Assembly: GCA_965279515.1 (NCBI GenBank)
Contig: CBDIID010000003.1
Coordinates: forward strand, 1,376,001-1,440,000
Source: Turneriella sp.
GTDB lineage: Bacteria; Spirochaetota; Leptospiria; Turneriellales; Turneriellaceae
Length of the DNA stretch: 64,000 nucleotides
Direction: 5' to 3'
The notes beneath the pieces are model-generated. The model had not been told where the DNA came from. It did no database searches and was given only the letters and a program-made list of their open reading frames with translations. This document shows, piece by piece, positions 8,688 through 17,943 of this stretch (position 1 is its first letter; each line of letters opens with the position of its first letter). The translations under genes and the position numbers were made by a program.

Positions 8688-10379
8688 ATGGAATTCAATC
8701 CGGAACAGAAAAAAGTTTTAGACGAAATCTTTGCCGAAGCATACGGCAAAGGCCGCCAGGCCGCGGGTGTAACGGCAACGGCGGCGCCTGCTGCCGAGTC
8801 AGTCTACGGCACTCCGCTAGCAGATCTCTGTAAAGAAGAAATCTGGAAAAAAGAAGAGCATGGCCTCGACATCTGGGAAAAACTCATGCGCCATGCGGGT
8901 GGCAACGAGTTTCCTCAGGGCGGCGATGTTTTCCGTTTTAAATTCCATGGCCTCTTTTACGTGGCACCTGCGCAGAATGCCTTCATGCTGCGCCTGCGGA
9001 TTCCCGGCTGCAAGCTGACTTCGGCGCAAGCCGAGGCCATCGCCGAAATCACCGAGCGCTGGGGTTCGGGCCAGGTCGATGTCACGACGCGCGGCAATTT
9101 CCAGATGCGCGAAATTCAGGCGAAAAATATTATTTCGGTGCTCACGCGCCTCTATGATTCAGGCCTGACTTCCAAAGGTTCGGGTGCCGATAACATCCGC
9201 AACATCACCGCTTCGCCGACCTCGGGGTTTGATCCCAACGAAATGGTCGATGTCATGCCCTATGCGCTCTCGCTGCACCACTACATACTCAACAACCGCG
9301 AGCTCTATGGCCTGCCACGCAAATTCAACGTCTCTTTCGACAATGGCGGCGCGGTCAGCGTTGCTGTCGATACCAATGATATTGGTTTTGTTCCCGTAAA
9401 AATCCACAACGATCCCGAACTCGCCGACGGCGTCTATTTCCGTGTGCTCCTGGCCGGCATCACCGGCCACCAGCATTTCGCGCGCGACGCGGGTATTCTT
9501 GTGAAGCCCGACGATGCGGTGACACTCGCGGTCGCGATGATCAAAGTTTTCATCGCAAACGGCGACCGAACGAACCGAAAAAGAGCCCGCCTCATCTATC
9601 TGCTTGAGAAATGGGGTGTACAAAAGTATCTCGATGAAACTCAAAAGCTGCTTTCGTTTCCGCTGATTTATTCTGCCGCCGAGAAACATCCGGCGAACAC
9701 CTTCAAGGTGCCGCATGGCCATGTCGGCATGTACCGCCAGGCCGAGCAGGGTTTCAACTATGCGGGCATCGGCGTTCCCGTCGGCCGTCTCTCGGCCCGC
9801 CAGCTTAAAGGCATCGCAAATCTCGCGACCAAATTTGGCAAGGGGGATCTAAGGCTGACTGTGTGGCAGAACATCATCGTGCCATATATCGCCGATAAAG
9901 ACGTCGCGAAATTTTCAAAAGAGCTGGGGGCTTTATCACTGAGCTGCCACGGCTCGGCGCTTTCGGGCGGCATCATCGCCTGCACCGGCAACACCGGCTG
10001 TAAATTCGCCGGGGCGAATACCAAAGACACCGCACTCAGCACGATCGACTACCTCGAAAAACGCGTCACACTCGACAAACCTGTGAATATCCACTTCACC
10101 GGCTGCTCGCATAGCTGCGCGCAGCACTATATTGGCGACATTGGCCTGATGGGTGTGCCGATCTCCGGTGGCGAGGGTTTTAACATCGCTTTGGGCGGCG
10201 GCCTCGACGCCACGCAGGCGATCGCCACCGAAGTTTTCTGGAAGGTACCGCGCGAAGCGGTGCCGCAGAAACTCGAAAAGATCCTGACTATCTATAAAGA
10301 GAAGCGCAGCGACGGCGAAACCTTTGCCGCCTTCACACGCCGCCACGACGTCAAAACTTTACAGGAGATTTTTTCATGA
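8688..10379 (+). CDS. nirA: Siroheme/[4Fe-4S] nitrite reductase, NirA family
   Basis: TTRGNFQ, LPRKF, ACTGNTGC and TGCSHSCAQH Cys motifs. Confidence 0.9.
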   Translation: MEFNPEQKKVLDEIFAEAYGKGRQAAGVTATAAPAAESVYGTPLADLCKEEIWKKEEHGLDIWEKLMRHAGGNEFPQGGDVFRFKFHGLFYVAPAQNAFMLRLRIPGCKLTSAQAEAIAEITERWGSGQVDVTTRGNFQMREIQAKNIISVLTRLYDSGLTSKGSGADNIRNITASPTSGFDPNEMVDVMPYALSLHHYILNNRELYGLPRKFNVSFDNGGAVSVAVDTNDIGFVPVKIHNDPELADGVYFRVLLAGITGHQHFARDAGILVKPDDAVTLAVAMIKVFIANGDRTNRKRARLIYLLEKWGVQKYLDETQKLLSFPLIYSAAEKHPANTFKVPHGHVGMYRQAEQGFNYAGIGVPVGRLSARQLKGIANLATKFGKGDLRLTVWQNIIVPYIADKDVAKFSKELGALSLSCHGSALSGGIIACTGNTGCKFAGANTKDTALSTIDYLEKRVTLDKPVNIHFTGCSHSCAQHYIGDIGLMGVPISGGEGFNIALGGGLDATQAIATEVFWKVPREAVPQKLEKILTIYKEKRSDGETFAAFTRRHDVKTLQEIFS

Positions 10380-12037
10380 TTCCCGTGATCCCTGAATCCG
10401 CGCCGTTTACCGCCGAGCAGCGCACCTGGCTGAATGGATATCTCGCGGGCCTCTTCGCCCGCCATGATTACGGCAATGCCATAACAACCGAGACCTCACA
10501 ACAGCTGATTCCGCTGACCATCCTCTATGGTTCACAGACCGGAACCGCTGAATCACTGGCAAAACAATTGGCAAAGACCGCAGCCACAAAACAGTTCGTT
10601 GCCACCGTGGTCGATATGGCCCAGGTGAATGCAGACATTCTTAGCTGCGCTAAACATCTCTTCATTATTACCAGCACCTATGGCGACGGCGAACCTCCCG
10701 ATAATGCGAAGGATTTCTGGACCGCTCTCAGCGCCGATAATTTTCCGAAATTCCAGGCCACACCATTTTCTATCTTTGCGTTGGGTGACACGAGTTACGA
10801 GAAATTCTGCCAGTTCGGCAAAGACCTTGACCTGCGCCTCGAATCACTCGGCGCTAAACGCATCTATGAACGTATCGACGCCGATACAGACTATGAGCAG
10901 GCCTTCCAAACCTGGTGCGCCGGTGCCCTGGGGGCGTTATCGGGTGTAGCTTCGGAGGGTGGATTCATGTCGCAGGGAGGCGACGCAGAGCCATCGGCTG
11001 ACAGGATGTCATCTTTGCCGATGGCTTCAGATGCTAAACCGGGCGCGGTCACATCTGCAGCCCTTTCTGCTGAAGAAACAGGGGAGCAATACTCGAAAAA
11101 GAAACCTTTTCCTGCAAAACTCATCACCAACCGGCTGCTGAACCTGGCGGGCTCTGAAAAAGAAGTCCGGCATTTTGAAATCCAACTGGATAATTCGATC
11201 ACGTACGAGGCAGGCGATGCGCTGGGCGTGATTCCGCAAAATAACCCCGCACTTGCGGAAAAAGTCATTCGCAAATTCGGCTTCACCCCGGACGACTCCC
11301 TGATGAAGGCGCTGACCGAAACATTTGACCTCAAGAAACTGCCTGAGAGCGCCGCAACGCCGGATGAGCTACTCGCGGGGCTTAAAAAAATTCAGCCACG
11401 GCTCTATTCGATCTCATCGAGCCCGAAAGCCCATAAAAATGAAGTACACCTCACGATCTCGGTGGTACGCTACGAACTCGAGGGAGAAAAGAAAGAAGGC
11501 CTGTGCTCAACCTTTCTCGCCGACCGCGTCGGCGAGGCGGCATTACCGGTCTATGTCCACAAGAACTCCGCCTTTCGCTTGCCCGCAGATTTAACCAAAC
11601 CCGTCATCATGGTCGGTCCAGGCACGGGCATCGCGCCCTTCCGTGCTTTTCTCGAAGAGCGCCGCGCCACTGGCGCGACCGGCAAAAATATGCTCTTTTT
11701 CGGAGAGCAACGCTCGGCGTCGGATTTCTACTACCGCGACGAACTCGAAGCGATGGTCAAGGACGATTTCCTGACATTGCACACAGCCTTCTCGCGCGAC
11801 CAGAAAGAGAAGATCTATGTGCAGCAGCGCATGCTCGAAAATTCCGTGCAGATTTTCGAGCTGCTGGAGCAAGGCGCATATTTCTATGTCTGCGGCGATG
11901 CTTCGCGCATGGCTAAGGATGTGGATTTAGCGCTCCACAAGATAATCGAACGTTCCTCGGGAAGGACGATCGATGAGGCGCAAGAGTACATGCAAAAACT
12001 GCGCAGCGCGAAGCGGTATCTGCGCGACGTGTATTGA
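10376..12037 (+). CDS. CysJ-like diflavin (flavodoxin + FNR) NADPH reductase
   Basis: YGSQTGTAE, STYGDGEPP, RLYSISS, GPGTGIAPFR, YVCGDA, ends RDVY; ATGA overlap with nirA. Confidence 0.9.
   Translation: MIPVIPESAPFTAEQRTWLNGYLAGLFARHDYGNAITTETSQQLIPLTILYGSQTGTAESLAKQLAKTAATKQFVATVVDMAQVNADILSCAKHLFIITSTYGDGEPPDNAKDFWTALSADNFPKFQATPFSIFALGDTSYEKFCQFGKDLDLRLESLGAKRIYERIDADTDYEQAFQTWCAGALGALSGVASEGGFMSQGGDAEPSADRMSSLPMASDAKPGAVTSAALSAEETGEQYSKKKPFPAKLITNRLLNLAGSEKEVRHFEIQLDNSITYEAGDALGVIPQNNPALAEKVIRKFGFTPDDSLMKALTETFDLKKLPESAATPDELLAGLKKIQPRLYSISSSPKAHKNEVHLTISVVRYELEGEKKEGLCSTFLADRVGEAALPVYVHKNSAFRLPADLTKPVIMVGPGTGIAPFRAFLEERRATGATGKNMLFFGEQRSASDFYYRDELEAMVKDDFLTLHTAFSRDQKEKIYVQQRMLENSVQIFELLEQGAYFYVCGDASRMAKDVDLALHKIIERSSGRTIDEAQEYMQKLRSAKRYLRDVY
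10943..11040. repeat. Multi-hairpin palindromic element inside the CysJ-like linker
   Basis: AGCCATCGGC (10989-98)/GCCGATGGCT (11017-26) perfect; inner TGACA-GGA-TGTCA; GTCGC-N6-GCGAC; outer arms 11/15. Confidence 0.6.
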
Positions 12038-12254
12038 TTTTTTGTCCGCTTATCGTTCGTTATCCGTATATTTTTTATCCCTAACAAGGGAGGCATATAT
12101 GATTTTAACTGCCTCAAGTCTCCATCGTCAATAGCGGCCCCGCTATTGTATTCCAGTAATATCCCAACCGCACCCGGTAAAACGGCTGCGGTCATTCGCA
12201 AAGCGTAACCTGCGCTAAACCAGGTGTGCGTTTTGAACTAACTTAAGGAAAGAC

Positions 12255-14465
12255 ATGTCCTCATTCGTGAAGGCAAAAGCAGAGTTTACCATGACGCTGC
12301 GCAACACCCGTGCGCATTCGTTCGACGATTTAGCAGCGTTTTATGAGTGCGAAAACACGCACGTGGCACATGCGTCCGTAAGACACGTGTGTGCAAACGC
12401 GCCACAACCCGGCACATTTAACCTGCGCCACAGCAATTTTGCGCGCTTTGTGCGGCCTTTATTTGCGGTCGTCGAGCCGGTGCGCCACGCGCGTATCGTC
12501 GCTCTCTTCCACGGATTAGCGCTGCACCGCGAGACAAATTTGTCGTTGGCCGTGACGCGTCTTCTGGCCTCAGATGCTGCCGAGCATAGCCCTGCGTGGT
12601 GCGCATTCGCCGGAAAAATCAGGCCCAACCGCAGAGCCGTATTCTTAACGCTGCTTGCCGAAACCGGCCTCGGCCAGACGCAGTTTCAGGCCAGCTATGC
12701 GGATTTTTTCCTGGAAATTGATTATCTGGCAACGCGTTATGATTACGCCGCGTGGATGTTCATTGCCTGCAAGGGTTTGCTTGCAAAAGTCAGCATGAAC
12801 TATCTTATCAGCGGCTTTCGGATCGCCCATGAATTCAACGGAAACTTTTCATTTTCGGCATTGCAGGATTGCGCTGATTTTGACGCTACTGCATTGCAAC
12901 GCTGCTTCGCCCATATCTGCAAGTCCCCGGATTTTTACCCCGGGCTACCCTGCTCCGTGTGGCGCTGGTGCGCCGAGTTGCCGGGCCTGAACCAGCTCAT
13001 CGGACAAGTCAACTGGAGCCGGTTACGTCCGAAAGATGCGCAAAAGCTACTCCACCTCATGTACGGTATGGTGCACGAAAATCTGGCACAAGATAAAATC
13101 GACGCTAAATGGCGTGTATTTAAACAGCAATTTCCGGCAACCCTGAAATCCGTGTATGCAATTCCTTCAGCATACCGCCGAAAAGCCATCGACCTCTGGG
13201 AAGATTTCTACTGGTACCTGGACGATCCGCAAATATTAAAACACCGCCATGGGGAATTCTCAGCAATTGTGCGGCAAATGTGCCGGCCACCGTTCAGCAA
13301 GGAAAACTCCATCGGAACAATATTGTGCGCGCTTCTCGCCAGCACGGCATCGCAACGCGTTCAGATCAGACAGGCGACGGGGCTGAGGAATCTCGAAAAA
13401 TTCTGCAGATCCCAGAATACCGCCTGGCTTGTGAAAAAAGGCATTCCGGCGTTGAGGAGAATATTTCCTGAATATGCCGCAGCGCTGCTGACAGACGGCA
13501 ATCCCCGGCTTCTGGAAATTGCCCGGCTCCTCGGTTGCCTGGGCCGCAAGCAGCGCTACGATGCCTTGTCGGGCGCAAAGAGCTGCGCAGTCATGTCGCT
13601 TGAAGCTGCGCCAGAAAATCTCGGCGGAACGCTCAGCGTCATCGATGCGCATCTGACACCGGAAATTCAAAACCCGGTACCGAAAAAACTCAGGGCGTTC
13701 GCAAGGGGGGAGATCCCACTGAGTACAAAGGCCCTGACTGTTCAGATAAACAGGCTCGCATCGAAGCTCGCTCATTTCAGGTTGCATTTTCTCGCCTACC
13801 GCATTCGCGACAGCGTGCGGCAGCACTACGGCGCAGCGCGGCGTGAACTCGACCATGCGCTGCTGCTGACAAACCTGATTTCCGAGAACCGTAAGGCGCT
13901 GCGCAAATTTTTGTCAGCGTATATCAGCGGTGATGGTGATTATGTGCAAGCACACCCCGCGACGCGGCTTTGGTTTCAGAAGGCGCCGGCTTTTGACCAG
14001 CGTGTGTGGCGCGCTGGTATGGAGCTGTGCATCCACGACGAGGCGGTGGGCGAGATTCGCATTGCGATCGAACACGATCCGCTGGAGAAGCTGAAGCTCG
14101 GTACGTATGTGGGTAGTTGCCTCGGTCTCGGCGGCAGCTTTATGTTTTCCGCGGCGGCGGTGGTGCTCGACGCCAACAAGCACGTGGTCTATGCGCGTGA
14201 CCGTACCGGCCGCGTTGTGGCGCGGCAACTGGTCTGCATGTCAGACGAGGGCAAACTTGTGCCTTTCTCCGTGTATCCCGTCGGCACGACGGCGGCGATG
14301 CAGGCGCATTTCGCGGCCTTCGACCGCGCATTCGCCGCGGCGCTGGGCGTGGACTGTTACGAGGCCGACCGCGGTGAAGATTATACGATTAAAAACATTC
14401 TTTCCCAAGACTGGTGGGATGATGGCGTCTGGGACCTCAATGCCGCTGCGGATAGCCCGCTTTAA
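12255..14465 (+). CDS. Hypothetical protein, 736 aa
   Basis: Long ORF with AAGGA RBS; C-terminal G.YVGSCL...DANKHVVY.RD..GRVVAR block looks conserved; function not recognised. Confidence 0.75.
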   Translation: MSSFVKAKAEFTMTLRNTRAHSFDDLAAFYECENTHVAHASVRHVCANAPQPGTFNLRHSNFARFVRPLFAVVEPVRHARIVALFHGLALHRETNLSLAVTRLLASDAAEHSPAWCAFAGKIRPNRRAVFLTLLAETGLGQTQFQASYADFFLEIDYLATRYDYAAWMFIACKGLLAKVSMNYLISGFRIAHEFNGNFSFSALQDCADFDATALQRCFAHICKSPDFYPGLPCSVWRWCAELPGLNQLIGQVNWSRLRPKDAQKLLHLMYGMVHENLAQDKIDAKWRVFKQQFPATLKSVYAIPSAYRRKAIDLWEDFYWYLDDPQILKHRHGEFSAIVRQMCRPPFSKENSIGTILCALLASTASQRVQIRQATGLRNLEKFCRSQNTAWLVKKGIPALRRIFPEYAAALLTDGNPRLLEIARLLGCLGRKQRYDALSGAKSCAVMSLEAAPENLGGTLSVIDAHLTPEIQNPVPKKLRAFARGEIPLSTKALTVQINRLASKLAHFRLHFLAYRIRDSVRQHYGAARRELDHALLLTNLISENRKALRKFLSAYISGDGDYVQAHPATRLWFQKAPAFDQRVWRAGMELCIHDEAVGEIRIAIEHDPLEKLKLGTYVGSCLGLGGSFMFSAAAVVLDANKHVVYARDRTGRVVARQLVCMSDEGKLVPFSVYPVGTTAAMQAHFAAFDRAFAAALGVDCYEADRGEDYTIKNILSQDWWDDGVWDLNAAADSPL

Positions 14466-14550
14466 ATCAGGTATTTTTACGGAACTTGCGGGGTATTTTC
14501 CCGAATTGCCATGAGCCTGCATTCAGGTTAAACCACGGCTACAAACAAAA

Positions 14551-15132
14551 ATGAAACTTTATATTCTGCTGGCGCATCCCGATAAAGAGAGCCTCAACGG
14601 CGAAATTGCCGATGCGTATTTCCGTGCCGCGACCGAAAAAGGACATGAGGTCAGGTTTCAGCACCTCGGCGGCATGACGTTTGACCCGGTGCTATGGAAA
14701 GGGTACAAGAAGATCCAACCTCTGGAGCCGGATCTAAAAAAGGCACAGGAAAATATCCTGTGGTGTGAAAAATGGGTCATCATTTATCCCGTGTGGTGGG
14801 GGTCATTGCCGGCATTACTGAAAGGTTTCCTTGACCGCGCCCTGTATTCCGGGTTCGCGTATAAGTACCACGACAAGGATCCGTTTTGGGACAAACTGCT
14901 GAAAGGCAGATCAGCGGAAATCATCGCCACCTGCGATGCCCCAGGCTGGTGGATAGCCTGGCAATACCGTAACAGCGATATAAATACTCTAAAACGGGCC
15001 ACGCTGCTATTTTGCGGAATCTCACCGGTCAAAGTAAAGCGTATCACCCGCGTGAAATATTTGAGTCAGGCCGAAAGACAAAAACGCATAGAAAAAATCT
15101 GCCGGGCGATTCCTTCTGCAAAGTCAGCGTAA
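14551..15132 (+). CDS. NAD(P)H-dependent quinone oxidoreductase (flavodoxin-2 fold)
   Basis: AHPDKES, YPVWWGSLPALLKGFLDR. Confidence 0.9.
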   Translation: MKLYILLAHPDKESLNGEIADAYFRAATEKGHEVRFQHLGGMTFDPVLWKGYKKIQPLEPDLKKAQENILWCEKWVIIYPVWWGSLPALLKGFLDRALYSGFAYKYHDKDPFWDKLLKGRSAEIIATCDAPGWWIAWQYRNSDINTLKRATLLFCGISPVKVKRITRVKYLSQAERQKRIEKICRAIPSAKSA

Positions 15133-15134
15133 CC

Positions 15135-17033
15135 TCAGCCATACATCGAGTCGATCAGGGCCTGGTATTTTTCCGATATCACGTGCCGTTTCATCGACAT
15201 CTTCGCCGAGAGCTCATCACCCACATCAAAAGTCTTGGGCAAAAGGCGGATATCCCCCACTCTTTCGAAGGTTTTAAAGCCATTGTCTTCATTCAGCGTA
15301 TTTTTGATCTCCTGTAAAATAGCCTGCCGGATGTTTTCGCTCTTCGCCAGCTCTGCATGCGTCGCCCCCGACGCAGCGAACGGTTCGAGTGCCGGCACCA
15401 CTAACGCGCCGAGAAATTTCTGGTCCTGGCCCACGACCATGATCTGATCGATGAGCGGCGATTGTAAAAGTTTGGTCTCGATCGGCACGGGTTCGACATT
15501 TTCGCCGTTCAGCAGCACCACGGTTTCTTTCGTGCGGCCGACCAGTTTCAACGTATCGTTAAAAGTCATGATTCCCAGGTCACCTGTGTTCAGCCAGCCA
15601 TCCTCAGTCAGCACACGGCGCGTGGCTTCAGGATTTTTGTAGTAGCCTTTCATGACCTGCGGCCCACGCACATGCACCTCGCCCTTGACCCCGCGCCGTG
15701 GCGGAAAAAGAATTTTTCCGGTGTTGATGTCCACGAGGCGGAGTTCAACCTCGGGAAACAAAGAACCGACGCTACCCAGTACCAGGCGTTTCGGATTCCG
15801 AAAGACCAGACCCGGCGATGTTTCGGTGAGTCCATACCCCTCGAGCACAGGAATTCCAATCGTATTAAAAAATTCGTCGATATGCAATGGCAAGGCGCCG
15901 CCACCGGAAACTGATCCGTGCAGCTTACCTCCGGTCGCCAAACGGATTTTCTTCAACACAATCACATCGAAAAGCAGATACGGTACAAAAAACAGAAACA
16001 ACATCAGTAGGTGCCCCGCCAGCATAGACAGCGATTGAAATAGATTGCGCCCGACCAGGTCGAGCTGGTTGCCCTGCAAAAAACGCAGGCTGCGCTGCAC
16101 CCGCTCGGCGGAAAAATACGCCGCATGGAACAAGCCGCGCTTCACCGCCGAACCACTGCGGATTTTATTCCGTATCCCCGCATAGACGCTTTCCCAAAGC
16201 CGCGGCGCCGAAGCCATGAAGGTGGGTTTCACGATCGACAGATCTTCGCGCACGTTCCGCACATTCGTATAATATTGAGGCGCGCCCATCGCAATCGTGC
16301 CCATCTCGAAAACTCTCTCGAAACTATGCCAGACCGGCAGAATCGACAAGAAGCGGTCTTCGGGCCCGATGCCGATGGGGATGTTCACCAGCTGCGAAAT
16401 CATATTCGCGTGCGTGAGCATGACTCCCTTGGGCGTACCCGTGGTTCCAGAGGTATAGATAATCGTAAAGAGATCTTCCGGCTGAATACCCGCGATGCGC
16501 TCCTCTGCTCTCACGTCGCCGCCGACACGCAGGGTTTTGCCCCGGGCGATGAGATCGTACATATTATAGACGGTCGCAGTTCCTGAGTTTTTGCCATCGG
16601 CTACCCCGTGCATGACGACGATGGAGCGCACCTTCGTCAGATGCCGCAGGTTTTTTACAACGCGGCCAAGAACCGCTTCATTTTCCACGAAGACGACTTT
16701 CGCATCGGCATGCGAAACAATATACTGGATATCCCCATCGGTGACGTCCGTGCCACGCGGAACATCGGCGGCGCCGCAGAGCAGTATGCCGTAATCGGCG
16801 ATAATCCATTCGACACGGTTATCGGCCAGGATAGCCACATGTTCCCGGGCCCCGACACCGAGTTCGATGAGTGCTGTTGCCAGCGCAAGACCCGATTGGT
16901 ACAGGTCACCGAAGGTAATCCCCTCGAATTGTTTATCCCGGTTGCGCGTCAGGAAGGCGGGTTTGTCGCGGAACTTTTCGGCGGAATTGCGGTAGACTTC
17001 GGCAAGATTTTTTGCCGTAACTTTCGAACTCAT
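15135..17033 (-). CDS. Long-chain fatty acid-CoA ligase (AMP-binding)
   Basis: IIYTSGTTGTPKGV, EGYGLTETSP, TGDLG, GENVEP. Confidence 0.92.
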   Translation of the reverse strand: MSSKVTAKNLAEVYRNSAEKFRDKPAFLTRNRDKQFEGITFGDLYQSGLALATALIELGVGAREHVAILADNRVEWIIADYGILLCGAADVPRGTDVTDGDIQYIVSHADAKVVFVENEAVLGRVVKNLRHLTKVRSIVVMHGVADGKNSGTATVYNMYDLIARGKTLRVGGDVRAEERIAGIQPEDLFTIIYTSGTTGTPKGVMLTHANMISQLVNIPIGIGPEDRFLSILPVWHSFERVFEMGTIAMGAPQYYTNVRNVREDLSIVKPTFMASAPRLWESVYAGIRNKIRSGSAVKRGLFHAAYFSAERVQRSLRFLQGNQLDLVGRNLFQSLSMLAGHLLMLFLFFVPYLLFDVIVLKKIRLATGGKLHGSVSGGGALPLHIDEFFNTIGIPVLEGYGLTETSPGLVFRNPKRLVLGSVGSLFPEVELRLVDINTGKILFPPRRGVKGEVHVRGPQVMKGYYKNPEATRRVLTEDGWLNTGDLGIMTFNDTLKLVGRTKETVVLLNGENVEPVPIETKLLQSPLIDQIMVVGQDQKFLGALVVPALEPFAASGATHAELAKSENIRQAILQEIKNTLNEDNGFKTFERVGDIRLLPKTFDVGDELSAKMSMKRHVISEKYQALIDSMYG

Positions 17034-17039
17034 GCGCCC

Positions 17040-17045
17040 AATATA
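17040..17045 (-). promoter_or_regulatory. -10 box TATATT 6 nt before ATG (leaderless)
   Basis: TATATT-GGGCGC-ATG on minus strand, no SD. Confidence 0.5.
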
Positions 17046-17079
17046 CCGCCGATGCGCAAATCTGCGTTGTATGAAGGGG

Positions 17080-17844
17080 CTATTCGGGAAAAAAAGTCGC
17101 GGTAAAGGGGATATCCCCCTTGGTGAAGATCGAAGGATTCATGCCAAAGGAACGGCGAAAGACATGGCTGAAATGCGGCTGGTCAGAAAACCCGCCCTCG
17201 TGCACCGCCTTCATCAGATGGGGGGAATCTGCCAGCTGCTTAACCGCCTTCAAAGTTTTCGCCCATAACCGGTAAGCCGAGAAGGAAAAGCCGGTCTCAT
17301 CCTGGAACAAATGCCGAAACCGTCCCGGCGACAGGCCGGCTCCGCCTGCCAGGGTTTGCAAGGAAACGTTTTCGGGAGATTTTTTTATTTCTTCAACGCT
17401 GGTGGCAATACGCGGATCCATGGTATGCGGTGCGGGCTTCTTTTTGTATTGAGTCAGAAGATCCGCGATCTTGTGGCGAGTTTCCGGCTGGCGTTGCTGC
17501 GTTAAAGTAAAGAGGTTATCCCGGTGGGCGGGCGTCAGCAAATCGCCGATTTCAAAAGCCGCGTGATCCGGTAGACGCGAGACATCCGCAAAAAGGCCAG
17601 AGCCGACACTCAGCGGATCCAGATAGACGAGCGCCAAGGCATCGGCCTCAGGCCGCATTTCATGCCTGACACCCGACGGAATAAAAGCGGATCGGTATGG
17701 ACGCCACTCGCCATCGCGGCCCCTGAGCCGAACGATTCCCGATTGGGGCAGGCAGATTTGAATATAAAAATGCTGGTGCGGTTCTGAGACAAACGGCGTA
17801 GCCGAATAGGTCGCCATATCAGGCCAGATCTGAAAATGTCGCAT
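17080..17844 (-). CDS. AraC-family transcriptional regulator
   Basis: LSPGRFRHLF...GFSDQPHFSHVFRRSFG double HTH. Confidence 0.9.
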   Translation of the reverse strand: MRHFQIWPDMATYSATPFVSEPHQHFYIQICLPQSGIVRLRGRDGEWRPYRSAFIPSGVRHEMRPEADALALVYLDPLSVGSGLFADVSRLPDHAAFEIGDLLTPAHRDNLFTLTQQRQPETRHKIADLLTQYKKKPAPHTMDPRIATSVEEIKKSPENVSLQTLAGGAGLSPGRFRHLFQDETGFSFSAYRLWAKTLKAVKQLADSPHLMKAVHEGGFSDQPHFSHVFRRSFGMNPSIFTKGDIPFTATFFPE

Positions 17845-17917
17845 CGTTGGTTACGGCAAACCCGAGTTCATCGCGGGGGTATTGCGTAGTTCAAATTAAC
17901 GACCGGTCGCCGCCCGC

Positions 17918-17933
17918 TGGCACAGAGTTTGCT
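17918..17933 (+). promoter_or_regulatory. sigma54 -24/-12 promoter
   Basis: TGGCACAGAGTTTGCT, near-consensus; predicted +1 = 17944 = A of ATG. Confidence 0.8.
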
Positions 17934-17943
17934 GCAAGCTTGT

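Noticed and set aside
11884..12201. Minus-strand 105-aa ORF / AT-rich spacer with a faint resemblance (RQLKSYM) to a PD-(D/E)xK or GxxExxY nuclease remnant
   Set aside because: Overlaps the cysJ-like 3' end, lacks the defining motifs, and the similarity is too weak to support
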